Positions 60,696 to 64,000 of a stretch of DNA of 64,000 bases are shown one piece after another. Positions within the stretch are counted from its first letter, which is position 1. Every line of letters starts with the position of its first letter. The stretch is taken from contig NC_092677.1 in NCBI RefSeq assembly GCF_964355755.1, positions 19,304,101-19,368,100 of the forward strand, in the 5' to 3' direction. Both the position numbers and the translations under genes were made by a program. Source of the DNA: Antedon mediterranea. Its lineage: Eukaryota; Animalia; Echinodermata. Under the pieces are notes generated by a model, which was given only the letters and a program-made list of their open reading frames with translations, ran no database searches and was not told the DNA's origin.

Positions 60696-62908
60696 TTCAA
60701 ATTCAAATTCAAATATTCTTTATTCATCCTCGACCTCAATCATGAAAATATACAACAACAATATATGAGAACATAAAAAAGATGAAAAGGAAACACATAA
60801 AAACTCAAAAGAGCTTGATTAGTTGTGTCCCCCTATGTCCCTAACTAGCCTAAAAAACTAAAACATAAATAATAAAAAAAGCTAAATCCTGCAACAAGTA
60901 TTATTTTTAAAATTATTTGTAAAATGATAATAAATGTTCTTTAAACAATGATTTAAATATATATATTGATTTGGTACTTTGTAGTTCGTAATTCAAGTCA
61001 TTCCACAATTTGGGTCCCACACATGACACAGTAAAACTAGTAGAAGTACGATTACGTTTTCTGAGTCTCATTTTGTCTTTAGATCTTGTATTATAATTAT
61101 GGTAAGAACCATTTTTAATAAAGAGCGATGAAAAACGCACGTCCTGATTAGTAGTAACATTATACATGAAAAGCCCTATTTGGTACTTATTGATATCCGC
61201 AATTTTAAGAAGTTTAAATTTATAGAAACATTCAGTCATTGAATCATTAAACTTTGACCATGTTATAGCTCGTAATGCCCTTTTCTGGAGTTTAAATAAC
61301 TCATCTAAAATAACTTGGAAATGTGCTACACCATATTATGTTGCAATAATTTAATACTGGTTCAATGAGTGATTTGTATATTGTCCAGAGAGCATAGGTT
61401 GGTAAAAAATGTCTTACTTTATATAGTATGCCTACATATCGAGATATTTTCCTAGCTGTAACATTGATGTGGTTCTTATATGTGAGAAATTCATCAATAT
61501 GTACTCCAAGGAATTTAGTCGATTTAACTCTATCTATTCTTTTATTGTTGACATAAATATTGACATTCTCTAAATTACTTGGATTTCGCTGATTGCGGAA
61601 AATTATGTAATTAGTTTTTTTAACGTTGATTGATAGTTTATTGCACATGAACCAATCCGAAACATTTTTTAGTTCACCATTAACTAGTTCTATGAGCGTA
61701 TCCAAGTTTTCGTGAGATGCAGATATGTTTGTGTCGTCAGCAAATAAAACAAAAGATAACGAGTTTGAGCAATTAAATACATCGTTAATGTACAAAATAA
61801 AAAGTAGAGGCCGCAGAATTGAACTCTGTGGTACACCGCAATTTATATCCATCAGACACGAACTTGTGTTATCAATAGACGTAAATTGTTTCCTTCCATT
61901 AATATAGTTTCTAAACCATTTAAGGGCCGTGCCTCTTATGCCATAGTGTTCCAATTTTTTAAGAAGTATATCATGGTTGATGGTGTCAAACGCTTTTGAC
62001 AAATCAATAAATATTCCGATGGTATTTTTTTTCTTATCAAGCGCATCGGTTATTCGTTCAATCAGATCTATAACGGCCATAAAAGTAGAACTGTTTTTTC
62101 TGAAACCATATTGTGCATTATTAAGGATGTTAAACTTTGTGATATAATTATTTACTCTAATTTGAACAATTTTTTCAAGAATTTTTGAAGCGGTAGGCAG
62201 AATAGAGATCGGCCTATAATTACTGACGTCACTTTTATTGCCAGATTTAAAAATTGGAACTACTCTAGCTACTTTCATACTATCAGGGACCATGCCTGTC
62301 TCAAGAGAGAGGTTAAAGATATGTACAAGAGGAGATGCCACAGCAGCAATAATATGTTTTAGAATGCGATTACTTAAGTTATCAACACCTTCTGAATTTG
62401 AATTTTTGATTTGACTAACTATTTCAATGACCTCTTCTTCATTCGTAGGATTGAAAAATATGGATTGGGATTGACTCTCTTTCATATATTGTTTAAAGTC
62501 AGAATTGTTTACATTTGGTATTTTGTTTGCTAATTCATTTCCAATGTTGGAGAAGAAGTCATTAAAAGCGTCAGACATACCTTTTGGATCACATACCAAA
62601 GTTTTATTACTATGGTTAATTACCTCATTTGGCTTAACACTCGATTTTTTTCTATTTAGAACTTCATTTAAAACTTTCCATGTTTGCTTTGAATCGTGTC
62701 GAGCTGCATCCAGTTTTTTGGAATAATATTGTTTTTTCCGAATTCTAATTAAATGAGTTAATTTATTTTTGTACTTTTTATATATATTTTTTAATAATTG
62801 TGTTGGGTTTTTAAGGTATTTTTTATAAAGTTTATTTTTCTTTTTTATTGAAATCAAAATTCCTGTTGTGATCCATGGTTTTTTCTTTGTATTACCATTT
62901 GGCTTATT
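60696..62908 (-). mobile_element. 5'-truncated LINE (Crack/L2-group) RT region, inactivated
   Basis: ORF 62980-61301 (PWITTGIL, NYRPISILP, QYGFRK, FIDLSKAFDT, GVPQSSILRPLLF, FADD). A frameshift near 61305 leads into LDELFKLQKRALRAI and ORF 61239-60913. (TTTGAA)n tail at 60696-60714. Confidence 0.92.
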
Positions 62909-63379
62909 ACTAGTAGTAGGTAGGCATATGGCATTGTTGCTCTTTCCATGCCCAACTATGCCCAACGTGGCGTGTGACATTCTTCACCAACACCCGATAC
63001 CCCAAATGCATTGATCTCTTTTTGCAGATTAAGTCTTGGTCTCTTTTTGCAGCTTGAATCCAGTCCATAATATCCATATTCTGGGCTCCTACAAACGAAA
63101 ACATAATCAGATGAACAGAATTAATATTATTAAACAAAGAAATAGGCATAAACTCTTTGAATCTACTCTAAACAAAATACTAGTATCCAGTTGAATTGAC
63201 GGTATTGGCGCCTCTTATGATGGCAAAATATAACAAGTACACGACACGTGGTTGGAGGAGTTGGGGGAGAGAGAGATAGTGCAAGAGCATTAGGGTTTGA
63301 CCCGGAAATTTCTGGTAACAAGCTAATTTGTTCAGGAAAGGTCCAGAACTATGATTGGAACATCAAACTAAAAGTCCTG

Positions 63380-63900
63380 AAAAATCCTCCTTGTGCTCTC
63401 CGAGAAATCCAAGATGGCGTCCAAAATGGCTGCCATTTTAAATAGTCAATAAGTTTGTAACCGCTTGTCGTGGAGTATTGATTTTGATGTCAAATAGGTC
63501 ACGATATATACATTCCTAATTGCTCTAACAGAAAATTTTGTAAAAAATGGTCGCTACTGCATTTTCTGGCATTTGACCTTTGACCTGGCCTTATCATATC
63601 TCGGTAATGGCTTATCATAGAGAATTGGGATTAGGCCCAACATGCATATTTTTATTTGGTGTAATGAAATATTTTATCCCAAAATGACCGGAAGTGAGGT
63701 TATTGACCTCTTATTGACCTATTCATATATCTTTTACCGTATCTCAAGAAATATTTATCGTATAGCGTTACTTTTTGTGTCAAATTGTTTGGAACAATAC
63801 ATTTCTATTTATTCTAATACAAAAGTTTGCCCTAAAATGCTCGGAAGTAAGTTAAATTATTGAAAATTTAAAAAATCAAAGAGCTGCATAGGCAAAGTAT
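63380..63900. repeat. Probable interspersed non-autonomous repeat
   Basis: Motifs ccaagatggcg, tttgacctttgacct and ccggaagtg are typical of invertebrate non-autonomous DNA elements; termini not identified. Confidence 0.3.
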
Positions 63901-64000
63901 ATGAATACTGTAGATAAAATCAAAATCAAAGTTTTAACTTTAAAAAATGTTTTGGGCATAGCACGTCATCAGGTAAAGTGAATTGTTACAAAAAGAAAAT

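Noticed and set aside
62909-62980. N-terminal MSHATLGIVGHG... of the 559-aa ORF as a true start or fusion domain
   Set aside because: It appears to be chance read-through from flanking DNA into a 5'-truncated LINE. The RT also has PQGS-to-PQSS and GP-to-RP changes and a frameshift.
445-63863. Remaining 60-115 aa ORFs in the track
   Set aside because: Low-complexity F/I/L/K-rich translations of AT-rich intronic DNA, or antisense shadows of exons and LINEs; no recognisable motifs.

Overview
AT-rich, intron-containing animal (invertebrate) genomic DNA, not prokaryotic. A Deu/Nin-type SINE and TAGGCCTA-rich tracts are compatible with an echinoderm or similar marine invertebrate, but that is inference. 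The main feature is a complete ELMO/CED-12 gene on the minus strand. I spliced it by hand into 19 GT-AG coding exons (44316 to 5411, 2244 nt, 747 aa) with continuous reading phase. It faces, tail-to-tail, the last exon of a second ELMO paralog on the plus strand (1085-1279). The introns hold many mobile elements: a Sola3-type DNA transposon with a nested SINE, an internally deleted Gypsy element with short TG...TA LTRs, three non-autonomous Helitrons of one family, a Helentron-type (HINE) element carrying three tRNA-Val(AAC)-like copies, hammerhead-like motifs, MITEs, and 74-bp and 80-bp tandem arrays. Upstream (48.6-64 kb) are a 97-bp hairpin-unit array, three decayed LINEs and a Polinton-type DNA polymerase B remnant. 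The most notable observations are the tRNA-carrying rolling-circle element, the divergent ELMO paralog (about 30-aa ARM insertion, C-terminal tyrosines lost), unusual splice signals, and a hammerhead core inside a long hairpin. All family assignments come from recalled motifs; no database search was run.
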